Below, one piece after another: positions 18,804-27,878 of a stretch of DNA of 34,583 bases. The notes below the pieces were generated by a model, which ran no database searches, was not told the origin of the DNA, and saw nothing but the letters and a program-made list of their open reading frames with translations. The DNA is taken from the NCBI GenBank assembly GCA_013815785.1, contig JACDFO010000003.1, positions 1-34,583 of the forward strand, written 5' to 3'. How positions within the stretch are numbered: position 1 is the stretch's first letter; every line of letters starts with the position of its first letter. The stretch is from Candidatus Saccharimonadota bacterium. GTDB lineage: Bacteria; Patescibacteriota; Saccharimonadia; Saccharimonadales; JACDFO01. Position numbers and translations under genes: made by a program.

Positions 18804-18832
18804 ATTTTAGCAAATTAATGTCCTTATGTCAA
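18804..18832 (-). promoter_or_regulatory. Strong sigma70 promoter (extended -10), divergent from dprA
   Basis: TTGACA-17 bp-TAAAAT with TG one base upstream of the -10. Confidence 0.7.
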
Positions 18833-18851
18833 TACTTAAATACATTTATAT

Positions 18852-19712
18852 ATGACTGTCAAGAAACTTACGCTTAAAAATACTGCCATTCCTGAAACTC
18901 TTAGAAACATTCCTAATCCCCCCAAGGAACTATATATCTTGGGCGATTTAACACCTTTGCTCGACCGTCCCAGGGTAGCGATAGTGGGAAGCCGGAAGGT
19001 TACGCCCTACGGCCGTCAAGTTACCCAGCAGTTGGCTAGAGAGCTCGCTCTAGCGGGTGTAGTAATTATTAGCGGCTTGGCGTTAGGAATAGATGCGATA
19101 GCTCATCAGGCAGCCCTGGAAGTTGGAGGGAAATGCATAGCGATATTACCTACGAGCTTAGAAGAAATATATCCGTCTAGCCATCGACAGTTAGCAGAGC
19201 AAATTCTTCGAACAGGCGGGGCACTAATCAGCGAATATCCAGAGGGAATGCCAAGTCTAAAAAAGAACTTTATCGAACGTAATCGCTTAGTTTCCGGACT
19301 TTCTGACGGCGTACTCATACCCGAAGCTGCCATCAAAAGCGGTACATTACACACCGCAAACTTTGCTTTGGACCAAGGAAGAACTGTGATGGCGGTCCCC
19401 GGGAACATCACATCACCCACCAGCCAAGGCACGAACAGCTTACTTAAGACTGGTGCCATATTGGTTACGGAAACCACCGATATCCTAACCGCACTGCACT
19501 TAACACCAAAAGATATGCAGCGGCAGCTACCACTAGCCGCTAATAAGGCAGAGCAGGCCATTTTAGATCTGCTTGCATCGGGAGTCAGTGACGGATCCGT
19601 TTTACTAGCAGACAGTGGTCTAGGTCCTAGCGAATTCAATCAAACGCTAACTATGTTAGAAATAACTGGGAAAATTAAACCACTCGGTATGGGTCATTGG
19701 TCTTTGATGTAA
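18852..19712 (+). CDS. dprA: DNA-processing protein DprA (Smf), lacking the N-terminal SAM domain
   Basis: VAIVGSR..TPYG, ISGLALGIDA.AH, ISEYP, F..RNRLVSGLS, AVPGNI......GTN.LLK.GA; C-terminal wHTH LT.LEI.G. Confidence 0.95.
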   Translation: MTVKKLTLKNTAIPETLRNIPNPPKELYILGDLTPLLDRPRVAIVGSRKVTPYGRQVTQQLARELALAGVVIISGLALGIDAIAHQAALEVGGKCIAILPTSLEEIYPSSHRQLAEQILRTGGALISEYPEGMPSLKKNFIERNRLVSGLSDGVLIPEAAIKSGTLHTANFALDQGRTVMAVPGNITSPTSQGTNSLLKTGAILVTETTDILTALHLTPKDMQRQLPLAANKAEQAILDLLASGVSDGSVLLADSGLGPSEFNQTLTMLEITGKIKPLGMGHWSLM

Positions 19713-19721
19713 ACTGACTTT

Positions 19722-19916
19722 ATGGGATTATTTTCATTTTTATTTGGACCAAAAAAACATACCTGCAAGACTAAACGAAGGTTTGCAAACGAACAGGCCG
19801 CTAAAGCTGCCCTAAAACTTATAAATCCTTCTAGGAAACAGGGTAAACCTTTCCGCTGCTACAAATGCCCAGAATGCGCGGGCTATCATCTTTCTTCCAA
19901 GCCAGCCCGCAAATAA
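19722..19916 (+). CDS. Small basic putative Zn-binding protein (64 aa)
   Basis: C..KRRF....AA...L and YKCPECAGYHLS (CxxC...H); lies between dprA and topA. Confidence 0.7.
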   Translation: MGLFSFLFGPKKHTCKTKRRFANEQAAKAALKLINPSRKQGKPFRCYKCPECAGYHLSSKPARK

Positions 19917-19999
19917 AGTTTGCTTTTATAAATAATTCCGCGTAGTCTAGGCCTTTGCATATATAAGAATGAAAGAGCAGTAAGGTATACTTAAGCGCA

Positions 20000-22294
20000 A
20001 TGGCAAAGAATCTGGTGATAGTTGAGAGTCCGGCAAAAGCCAAGACCATAGAAAAATATCTAGGGTCAGATTTTTCTGTGAAAAGTAGTTTTGGACATAT
20101 ACGTGATCTTCCTAAGAAGGGCTTGAACATTGATGTTGCAGATAATTTTGAACCTACCTATGCCGTCAGTGCCGATAAGACCAAGATTGTCGCCGAGCTA
20201 AAAAAAGCTGCCAAAGGCGCTGAAGTATGGCTAGCGAGTGATGAAGACCGCGAAGGGGAGGCAATCGCCTGGCACTTGTGCAAGGCATTAGACCTCAAAC
20301 CAGAAAACACCAAACGAATCGTGTTTCATGAGATTACCAAGCCGGCTATAGAGCATGCCGTTAAAAATCCTCGCACTGTAGATATTAAATTAGTGGACGC
20401 ACAGCAAGCCAGGCGAGTCCTGGACCGTTTGGTTGGTTATGAACTTAGCCCGGTATTATGGAAGAAAGTTCGCCCAGGCTTAAGTGCTGGACGCGTACAA
20501 TCTGTTGCTGTTCGCATTATCGTAGAACGTGAACGAGAAATCAAAGAATTTGCCAGCGCCGGAACTTATAAAGTAACTGCCCAGTTTCAGACAAGCAAAA
20601 CCGAACTACCGGCCGAACTTTCGGTACGCATGGACTCGCTAGAGCTGGCTGAAGGCTTATTAAATGACTGTTTAGCAGCCGATTATAAAGTTACAAGTGT
20701 CGAGCAAAAGCCAGGCACCCGCAATCCCTCAGCGCCATTCACGACCAGCACCTTACAGCAGGAAGCTTCTCGCAAGCTTGGCTTTAGTGTCAAGCAGACT
20801 ATGACGGTCGCTCAGCGTTTATACGAAAGTGGACACATCACCTATATGCGTACGGACAGTACGATTCTCTCGGGTCAAGCCATCAAAGCGGCCGAGCAGT
20901 ACATAAAAAAGGAATTCGGCGCCAAATACCACCAGGTACGTCAGTATAAAACCAAAGATAAGGGTGCCCAAGAGGCTCACGAAGCCATCCGACCGACCAG
21001 CTTTACAAAGAAGGGTGCTGGCGAAGATGCCACCCAGATGAAACTGTACGAGCTAATATGGCGCCGGGCACTCGCTAGCCAGATGACGGCTGCTGAAGTT
21101 GATCGTACTGATGTAAGCATCAGTATCAGTAACCGTAAGGAAACATTCGGTGCTAAAGGCGAAGTACTGCGTTTTGACGGTTTTTTCAAAGTCTATGGTG
21201 GCGGCAAAGACGACGTTATTTTGCCAGATTTAGAGATTGGACAGCCACTGAATCTTAATTTGATGCAAGCAACCGAAACATTCAGCAAGCCACCAGCCCG
21301 CTACTCCGAAGCTGCTTTGGTCCGCAAGCTTGAAGAACTTGGTATTGGACGGCCAAGCACGTACGCACCGACTATTTCCACGGTTCAGGCCAGAGGTTAT
21401 GTCGAGCGAGTAGACTTAGAAGGCGAACAGCGTGAGATAACCATCCTGGAACTCAGTAAAGGCAAGATTGAAACCAAAAAAGAGCAACAAAATTTTGGTG
21501 CCGACAGAGGCAAGCTAATTCCAACCCCGCTAGCTGATGTAACCACTGATTTTTTGGTAAAGAATTTTGCCAGCATCGTAGATTATGACTTTACGGCTAA
21601 AGTCGAAGCAGATTTTGATGGCATAGCCGAGGGTAAAGAGCAGTGGCAGGCCATGATAAAAGGTTTTTATAACAAGTTTCATCCGTTGGTTGAAAAATCC
21701 GAAAACGTTTCGCGCGAAGAAAGTACTCAGACCAGAGTGCTCGGTCAAGATCCGAAGAGCGGCAAACCCGTCATGGCCCGCTATGGCCGCTATGGCCCAA
21801 TGCTTCAACGCGGTGAAACTGAAAGTGAAGAGAAGCCCGACTTTGCCCCGATGGCAGCTGGCGCAACCATCGAAGACATAACATTCGAGCAAGCTATGGA
21901 AATGTTCAAATTACCTCGCCTGGTCGGCACCACCGATGATGGCCAAGAGATAAAAGCTAATATCGGTCGTTTTGGTCCATATATCGTCGTCGGCAAGCTG
22001 TTCGTATCTATCAAGCCGCATGATCCTATGAAAATATCCGAAGAAGAAGCTCGCGAATTTTATGATAAGAAACTAGAACAAGAAGCGAATAAATATATTC
22101 AGAAGTTCCCTAGTGGTATCAACGTCGTAAATGGTCCGTATGGTCCTTATGTAACAGATGGCAAAAAAAACGCTCGCTTAGCCAAAACCGTCGATCCAGC
22201 CAAGCTAACTGAAGCTGAAGCCAAAGAGCTCATTGAAAAAGCACCTGCTAAAGGCAAAAAACGTTTTGTCCGCCGCAAAACCAACAAAAAATAA
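20000..22294 (+). CDS. topA: DNA topoisomerase I (Zn-finger-free type with C-terminal GR.GPY repeats)
   Basis: VIVESPAKAKTI, DEDREGEAI, SAGRVQS, ITYMRTDS (catalytic Tyr), GIGRPSTYA; GRYGPM/GRFGPY/GPYGPY repeats. Confidence 0.97.
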   Translation: MAKNLVIVESPAKAKTIEKYLGSDFSVKSSFGHIRDLPKKGLNIDVADNFEPTYAVSADKTKIVAELKKAAKGAEVWLASDEDREGEAIAWHLCKALDLKPENTKRIVFHEITKPAIEHAVKNPRTVDIKLVDAQQARRVLDRLVGYELSPVLWKKVRPGLSAGRVQSVAVRIIVEREREIKEFASAGTYKVTAQFQTSKTELPAELSVRMDSLELAEGLLNDCLAADYKVTSVEQKPGTRNPSAPFTTSTLQQEASRKLGFSVKQTMTVAQRLYESGHITYMRTDSTILSGQAIKAAEQYIKKEFGAKYHQVRQYKTKDKGAQEAHEAIRPTSFTKKGAGEDATQMKLYELIWRRALASQMTAAEVDRTDVSISISNRKETFGAKGEVLRFDGFFKVYGGGKDDVILPDLEIGQPLNLNLMQATETFSKPPARYSEAALVRKLEELGIGRPSTYAPTISTVQARGYVERVDLEGEQREITILELSKGKIETKKEQQNFGADRGKLIPTPLADVTTDFLVKNFASIVDYDFTAKVEADFDGIAEGKEQWQAMIKGFYNKFHPLVEKSENVSREESTQTRVLGQDPKSGKPVMARYGRYGPMLQRGETESEEKPDFAPMAAGATIEDITFEQAMEMFKLPRLVGTTDDGQEIKANIGRFGPYIVVGKLFVSIKPHDPMKISEEEAREFYDKKLEQEANKYIQKFPSGINVVNGPYGPYVTDGKKNARLAKTVDPAKLTEAEAKELIEKAPAKGKKRFVRRKTNKK

Positions 22295-22408
22295 TCATTT
22301 TTCCACAATTTGTAGTCTGTGCAAGGGTATTTCGTAGTAATATTGCCTGCACACGTAACGGAATATATGTCCATTTCATGCTAAAATAGTAAATAAGTCC
22401 TTATACCA

Positions 22409-22437
22409 TTGACTTTGTACATGATATGTTTTACAAT
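22409..22437 (+). promoter_or_regulatory. Sigma70 promoter for 22473..23513
   Basis: TTGACT-17 bp-TACAAT; AAGGA SD-like sequence downstream. Confidence 0.6.
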
Positions 22438-22472
22438 TATATTAAATTAGTAAGTAAGGACAGATTACAGCA

Positions 22473-23513
22473 ATGGCTGACACTACCACTACCAAGAAGC
22501 TCAACATTGAGAAAATCGTCAACGATATCCTTGGCACTATAGACCGCGAGCGTGAACGCGAGATTGTTGCACGCCGTTATGGTCTATTTGATCGCAAGGA
22601 AACACTTGAGCAAATCGGTGAACTGTTGGGTATTACTCGCGAGCGTGTTCGTCAGCTCGAAAAGGCCGTTGTTGCCCGTCTAAAGGCAACTGCAGACGCG
22701 AAGCAGCTACCTCATATGTATGAAGTACAGGAAGCGTTTAAGCGCGAAGTTGAAGCAATGGGTAAGGTGTCCCGTATATCTGAACTTTCTAAGAAGTTAA
22801 CAAAGGACAATACCCGTATTGACCAGGCTAGAATCTCATTTTTAGCCCGTTTGTGCCCAGAACTAGTCGTTATTGACGATAATGATCACTATTATCATGC
22901 AGTAGGCATCAAGCAGGTCCATGACGAAAAGAAAATCAAAGACCACGTAACTAAAATTACAGAGGCCATCAAGGGCTTGGGAGCACCAGTAGAAATTGCT
23001 AAAATAGCCGATGCAGCAGGGCAGAGCGACCACAAACACGCCGAAGCACTTGCCAGCACATCTAAAGCTCTTGCGACCCTCAACGGCCGTTGGGGACTTA
23101 TCAAATGGCCGATGGTCAATCCAAAAAACATTCGTGATAAAATTTACGTTATTTTGCACGAAGCAGGGAAGCACATGCACTTTAACGAAATCGCAGACTC
23201 TATAAAGCGAAGCGAGTTCAAACGCAAAGATGTAACTACTCAGGCAATTCATAACGAACTAATCAAAGACAAGCGCTTCGTACTGATCGGACGCGGAATC
23301 TACGCTCTAAAAGAATGGGGTTACGAAAAGGGTACTGTTGCAGATATTATTACTGAGGTACTTACAAAAGCTGCAGAGCCTATGCACCGCGACGATATCG
23401 TCCGTGAGGTCCTGAAAAGCCGCCACGTGAAGGAAACGACCATTCTCTTGAACCTACAAGGCAAACAGCAGTTCAAGCGAGTAGCCAAAGCCACCTACGC
23501 CCTCGCGGAATAA
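22473..23513 (+). CDS. Sigma70 region-4 HTH fused to C-terminal winged-helix domains (HARE-HTH / RNAP delta-like)
   Basis: RERE..ARRYGL....TLEQIG...GITRERVRQLE (sigma4); MHFNEIA...IHNELIKDKRFVLIGRGIYALKEWG (HARE-HTH/delta-like); no sigma2 region. Confidence 0.8.
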   Translation: MADTTTTKKLNIEKIVNDILGTIDREREREIVARRYGLFDRKETLEQIGELLGITRERVRQLEKAVVARLKATADAKQLPHMYEVQEAFKREVEAMGKVSRISELSKKLTKDNTRIDQARISFLARLCPELVVIDDNDHYYHAVGIKQVHDEKKIKDHVTKITEAIKGLGAPVEIAKIADAAGQSDHKHAEALASTSKALATLNGRWGLIKWPMVNPKNIRDKIYVILHEAGKHMHFNEIADSIKRSEFKRKDVTTQAIHNELIKDKRFVLIGRGIYALKEWGYEKGTVADIITEVLTKAAEPMHRDDIVREVLKSRHVKETTILLNLQGKQQFKRVAKATYALAE

Positions 23514-23522
23514 CCATAATTC

Positions 23523-23963
23523 ATGAGTAATCGTGAAGCAATGGACTGCCAAACTCAGAGTGATGCCATGCCATTTCCCCCATTTTCGTTACTTACTCGT
23601 GGCGCGCGCTTAGATATCAATCACCATTTTTCTGAACTTTCACCAGAAGTCGAATTTTTTCGTGATTATATCGCGTCAGTTATAAATCCTGAAATTAACG
23701 ACGATAAGTTGAAGCCCGTCGAATCAATATATAGGATCGCTGGCTTCTTTATACATCTAGCAAACGGGTCTGGCGGAGTCTTAAGTAGGCGTGACGCTAT
23801 TGAATGCGAAGGCATCTTCAAGGGTTATCAAGACAAAGGCGTAACATTTCAAAATCCTAATCTTATAAATGCAGACTTCCTTTCTACCAAAATTACATCG
23901 TTAGGCCCACATACAGCCAAACAGATTGAAACGCTCGCACAAGAGATTACACAATCCAAATAA
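23523..23963 (+). CDS. Hypothetical protein (146 aa)
   Basis: ORF 9 bp after the upstream stop; no recognisable motif. Confidence 0.6.
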   Translation: MSNREAMDCQTQSDAMPFPPFSLLTRGARLDINHHFSELSPEVEFFRDYIASVINPEINDDKLKPVESIYRIAGFFIHLANGSGGVLSRRDAIECEGIFKGYQDKGVTFQNPNLINADFLSTKITSLGPHTAKQIETLAQEITQSK

Positions 23964-24153
23964 CAAACGTACATTTTACGAACAAACGAAAATCTACAAA
24001 AAGCAGTAATAATCACACGGCGGCACTAAACCGGTTTTTGTAAGGCAACACAAAGGAGGGGATTTACAAACCAAATACCAAGCTCACAAGCAGAATGGTG
24101 AAAAACTCTATGTGAAACTAATGGGCAGTGAACCAATTCCAATCATACAAATG

Positions 24154-24181
24154 ATGTCGCACAATGTATATTTTGCGACTC
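24154..24181. other. dif-like Xer recombination site
   Basis: atgtcgcacaa-TGTATA-ttttgcgactc: 11-6-11 layout with the canonical dif central hexamer and near-palindromic arms, in a 600-bp intergenic gap between convergent gene blocks. Confidence 0.6.
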
Positions 24182-24563
24182 TATTATTGAATGTATAGAT
24201 GATTACATATACCTTGTTTGCAGGGGACTTTATCTGTAGATTCGTGTCTTAGCTGAGATTTCGTTCGTAGCTGCACTGTTAACTAACTTACGTTTAAGTA
24301 TTACTACTCTCAGCTTCGTTTGTCCCCAGAAGAGCTTGTTGTAATACTGTGAGTTTTCCACAGCAGTCCGTGAAAAGTTTGCTTTTCACATTGAACTATT
24401 ATACAAATTTGCTTTTGCCCTGCCTTGCTTGTGTTGTATGTTTTTTTGACATTCCCCTGCTTTTGTTATTATGTATAGTTTTTCAACAATATGTGATATT
24501 TCACACATGCGAACATTATACGAACAACTAGGGTAGAGCGGTGGGAGAACGACTTACCATTGA

Positions 24564-25481
24564 TTACTTATAATAAGCTCGCTCTTCTATACGAACATCA
24601 ATATATTCGGTTGGCGTTATTCCATCTGCCTCAAGCTTCTCACTGACTGCTATATACGTCCCTACTTGAAGACGAACATCTATTTCAGTATTAAACTTTA
24701 TATAGTACCCCTTCCCCTCTGGGCGTACATGTAGCTCATTGGCAACTGCGGGCAATGAATACGACTCTATTCCTATCTGTTTCGAACCCAGATTCGCTGC
24801 AAGCTGCCGGGTAAAAGCAACTAAATCCGTTGTAAGGAGTTGTTGGCCAATTTCAGCAAGAATACCTGTATCATCCGTTATAACGGGTAGCTTGTCTCGC
24901 GTTGAACTGACAAGCTGACTGCTTTTCAACACAGCTGTACCGTCGTCGTCAATCACGAAGGAATCACCGCGTACTGCCAAAATTAAAACAGGCTGGGCAG
25001 GACTGACTTGGATGATTAATTTTCGTCCAATCAAAGGGACGGTCACGGCCGTATCTCCGAGTTCCGGAAACTGTCTTTCAAGCTCATCGGCTATCTTATT
25101 AGTGTTAATCGTTAGTTTACTTTTATTTAATACCGATTGTTCTAGCAAATCTTGTGCTGCGCGTTCGTACACCGCCATCTCTTGAACAACCACGGGCCGA
25201 GTATCTTTAGTTGTGATTTGTATGCGCACATTATCAGTAAGGGTAGTGACGTATATTCCTGAAAGCAAAACTAACGTACCAGCCACAAGCGATGGCATGT
25301 AACCTAGCCACCATGGTGTTTTAGTGACTGCCCTGTCGTTATTTAGGCCCGTCATATTACGAGCAGTATTTGTTCCGGATGAGGTTGAACGATTTGAATA
25401 ATAAGAGAATACGGGGGCACTGGATCCCGAATTCTGTCGATTGCGAACCTCTGGTTGAATTTTCTTTTTACGCTTCAACAT
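24564..25481 (-). CDS. ftsQ: Cell division protein FtsQ/DivIB-like
   Basis: Basic cytoplasmic N-terminus, single TM, POTRA-like segment, C-terminal EYIDVR; position after murG. Confidence 0.75.
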   Translation of the reverse strand: MLKRKKKIQPEVRNRQNSGSSAPVFSYYSNRSTSSGTNTARNMTGLNNDRAVTKTPWWLGYMPSLVAGTLVLLSGIYVTTLTDNVRIQITTKDTRPVVVQEMAVYERAAQDLLEQSVLNKSKLTINTNKIADELERQFPELGDTAVTVPLIGRKLIIQVSPAQPVLILAVRGDSFVIDDDGTAVLKSSQLVSSTRDKLPVITDDTGILAEIGQQLLTTDLVAFTRQLAANLGSKQIGIESYSLPAVANELHVRPEGKGYYIKFNTEIDVRLQVGTYIAVSEKLEADGITPTEYIDVRIEERAYYK

Positions 25482-25488
25482 CGTCGGC

Positions 25489-26637
25489 TTATCCTAATCC
25501 AAGAAGTAACTTTGCTAGCTTATGTGCTGCATCAGTTACAGTGAGTTTTTGCAGATTGCCACCTAATGTTTGTCTTTTGGCTGGAGTATCTAATAATTCG
25601 CAGATTGTATCGATAAAAATTCGAGAACCTTGCTTAAGTTGTTGTTCGGCAACAACTCTAGCTGCCGACTGTTCGTGCCATATTTCAGCATTTTTGAGCT
25701 GGTGACCACCGGTCAGCAGCGGGTTCGGTATTACTACGCAGGCGCGTCCCTGGACTCCGAGTTCGGCCATAGTATTTGCACCCGCTCTCGTGATTACCAG
25801 GTCGCTTGCGCCGGTATATTGATACATCGGCTTTAGTAGCTCGTGGATTTGTAGTCTAACGTGTGAAAAATCATCATATATTCCGCCCTTCCCTCGCCCC
25901 ACCTGGTGAATAACATATAGTTTAGGATATCTTTCTAAGAGCTCGGGCAATATGCTGCGAACTGCCGTATTGATCGTAGCAGCACCTCCACTTCCACCAG
26001 TGGCCAAAAGTACCATCGAATCAGCGGGCACACCTAAAGCAGTTTTGTAAGCAAGCTGTTGTTCATGGCTGACAGGCTGATAATGTTCTTCAACCAAAAC
26101 ACCGACGTAGCGTATGTTGGCGGGTGGATATCCGTAATTTTCTGGGGGCATACCTGTTGCATGAAATAGCGCCCAACGGCCAACCAGTCGATTCGCCAAG
26201 CCCGGTAGTATGTCTGAATCATGAGTAATAAAAGGCTTATGCCAAAAAGCCGCGCTAAGCCCTATAGGAACACCAACAAAACCACCTTTGAGTAAAATTA
26301 TATCGGGCTTTAATCTCTTGAGCAGTATCACGCTCTGGAGTGTACCAATCATAAAAAATATGCTATCACGAAGATTCAAGACGTTCGTTTTTATAGCAAA
26401 TAATCGACGAAGCCAGGATTCACCGTGATAACGTCGGAACTTACCGGCAAATATTGAGCGAGTTTCATCAATATGCGCATTACCGCTGGTCATAGCTGCA
26501 TACTTACCATTTCGTTCGCCTATATAAATAATGTGACAGTTCGGATCTTGCTTCTTAAGTTCTGCTGCGACCGCCAATAAAGGCGTAATATGGCCTCCGG
26601 TCCCGCCACCAGTAAGTATGATTCGCTTAGCTGACAT
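25489..26637 (-). CDS. murG: Lipid II GlcNAc transferase MurG
   Basis: TGGGTGGHI.P, GKFRRY, GGFV..P, HDSD..PGLAN, GGSGGA, RAGA.T..E, HQ.KNA. Confidence 0.96.
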   Translation of the reverse strand: MSAKRIILTGGGTGGHITPLLAVAAELKKQDPNCHIIYIGERNGKYAAMTSGNAHIDETRSIFAGKFRRYHGESWLRRLFAIKTNVLNLRDSIFFMIGTLQSVILLKRLKPDIILLKGGFVGVPIGLSAAFWHKPFITHDSDILPGLANRLVGRWALFHATGMPPENYGYPPANIRYVGVLVEEHYQPVSHEQQLAYKTALGVPADSMVLLATGGSGGAATINTAVRSILPELLERYPKLYVIHQVGRGKGGIYDDFSHVRLQIHELLKPMYQYTGASDLVITRAGANTMAELGVQGRACVVIPNPLLTGGHQLKNAEIWHEQSAARVVAEQQLKQGSRIFIDTICELLDTPAKRQTLGGNLQKLTVTDAAHKLAKLLLGLG

Positions 26638-27878
26638 TAAGGTCTCCTAGTCGTGTATGCACCATAGCCTGCTCTTGTCATTGGCCGTTTGGCCGCTTCT
26701 GGCCCGGTTTCAAGCTCCGTATTCGCACCATACGTTGTATAGCGCGAAATATTAAAGACCAAGCCTACGGCTGCAAGCACAAAGATAATACTTGTCCCAC
26801 CGTAGCTGATGAATGGCAGTGTAATACCTTTAAGTGGCAGCAACCCTATCATCGCTCCGATGTTTATAATCGTTTGCGTGCTCAACCACGCTAAAACCCC
26901 TGTTACTAAAAGCCGGCTGAACAAATCCGGGGCGCGTTCCATAATATTTTTTAACCTCGTAAAGAACAGTGCAAAAAGAGTAATCAACAAGGCTGAGCCA
27001 AGAAAGCCGAATTTTTCCGAATAAATTGCAAAGATTGAATCGTTAGCTGCCTCGGGCAAATAACCATAAGCTTGCACGCTATGAGCCAGACCTTTGCCGA
27101 ACATGCCTCCAGATCCAACTGCAATCAAGGCTTGGCACGCCTGATAACCACTTGCCTGACAATCCTGTTCTGGGTTTAAGAATGTAGTAACCCTGTCTCG
27201 ACGATATGCAAATGGCAGTGTAAGCAGGAAAAAGCTCGCAACCAGTATACCCCCGATAGCTATCAGCCTTTTTATCGGCATACCCGCCACATACACCATC
27301 GCTATCAGCATGGCCACAAGTACGCCTGCAGAACCTAGATCTCGCTGCAAGACAGCTACAACCACCCCGAGTACACCCAGTACGATTAAAAGCGGCTTGA
27401 ACGTCGCGATTTGATTATCTATGTTTCCAGAGCGAACGCGGTTTGCCAAAAATGCCGCTAGCCACACTAGAAGTGCGCACTTGATAAGCTCTACTGACTG
27501 CAAGGAAAGCCCCGCGAAGCGTATCCATCGGTGTGCTGGATACTCGGGCGTAACAGGTAAAGCGAGAGCTACAAGCGTTGCGGCGCCGGCGCCGATAATA
27601 AGTGGTCGCTTTAACTGCTTGAGTTTGTTAAGTGGGATATTGGCAACTATCACAAACACGACACTGCCAAGAAGTATCGCAGTCAGCTGCTTAGTAATAT
27701 AATAGTTTTCGCTTAAATTACGTTGTGCCGCGAGTCCAGGACTAATGGAATACACGACGATCAGGCCGATTACTAGTAGCAGCGCGGAGGCCACGACAAG
27801 CATGTAATCCGGCTTATGACGACGCTGATTGGTACCACCATCGTACGTGGAAGTCTTACGTGCGGATGATGGTCTCAT
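26637..27878 (-). CDS. ftsW: SEDS peptidoglycan polymerase FtsW
   Basis: About 10 TM; RWI, Q..E.IK, GYQ..Q...A.GSGG.FGKG, YLPEA.NDSIFA, LP.KGITLPFISYGG. Confidence 0.93.
   Translation of the reverse strand: MRPSSARKTSTYDGGTNQRRHKPDYMLVVASALLLVIGLIVVYSISPGLAAQRNLSENYYITKQLTAILLGSVVFVIVANIPLNKLKQLKRPLIIGAGAATLVALALPVTPEYPAHRWIRFAGLSLQSVELIKCALLVWLAAFLANRVRSGNIDNQIATFKPLLIVLGVLGVVVAVLQRDLGSAGVLVAMLIAMVYVAGMPIKRLIAIGGILVASFFLLTLPFAYRRDRVTTFLNPEQDCQASGYQACQALIAVGSGGMFGKGLAHSVQAYGYLPEAANDSIFAIYSEKFGFLGSALLITLFALFFTRLKNIMERAPDLFSRLLVTGVLAWLSTQTIINIGAMIGLLPLKGITLPFISYGGTSIIFVLAAVGLVFNISRYTTYGANTELETGPEAAKRPMTRAGYGAYTTRRP

Noticed and set aside
24340-24510. DnaA-box-like sequences (ttttccaca, cttttcaca) suggesting oriC
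   Set aside because: Only one consensus match, no dnaA/dnaN nearby, and the flanking genes converge rather than diverge; the dif-like site fits a terminus better.
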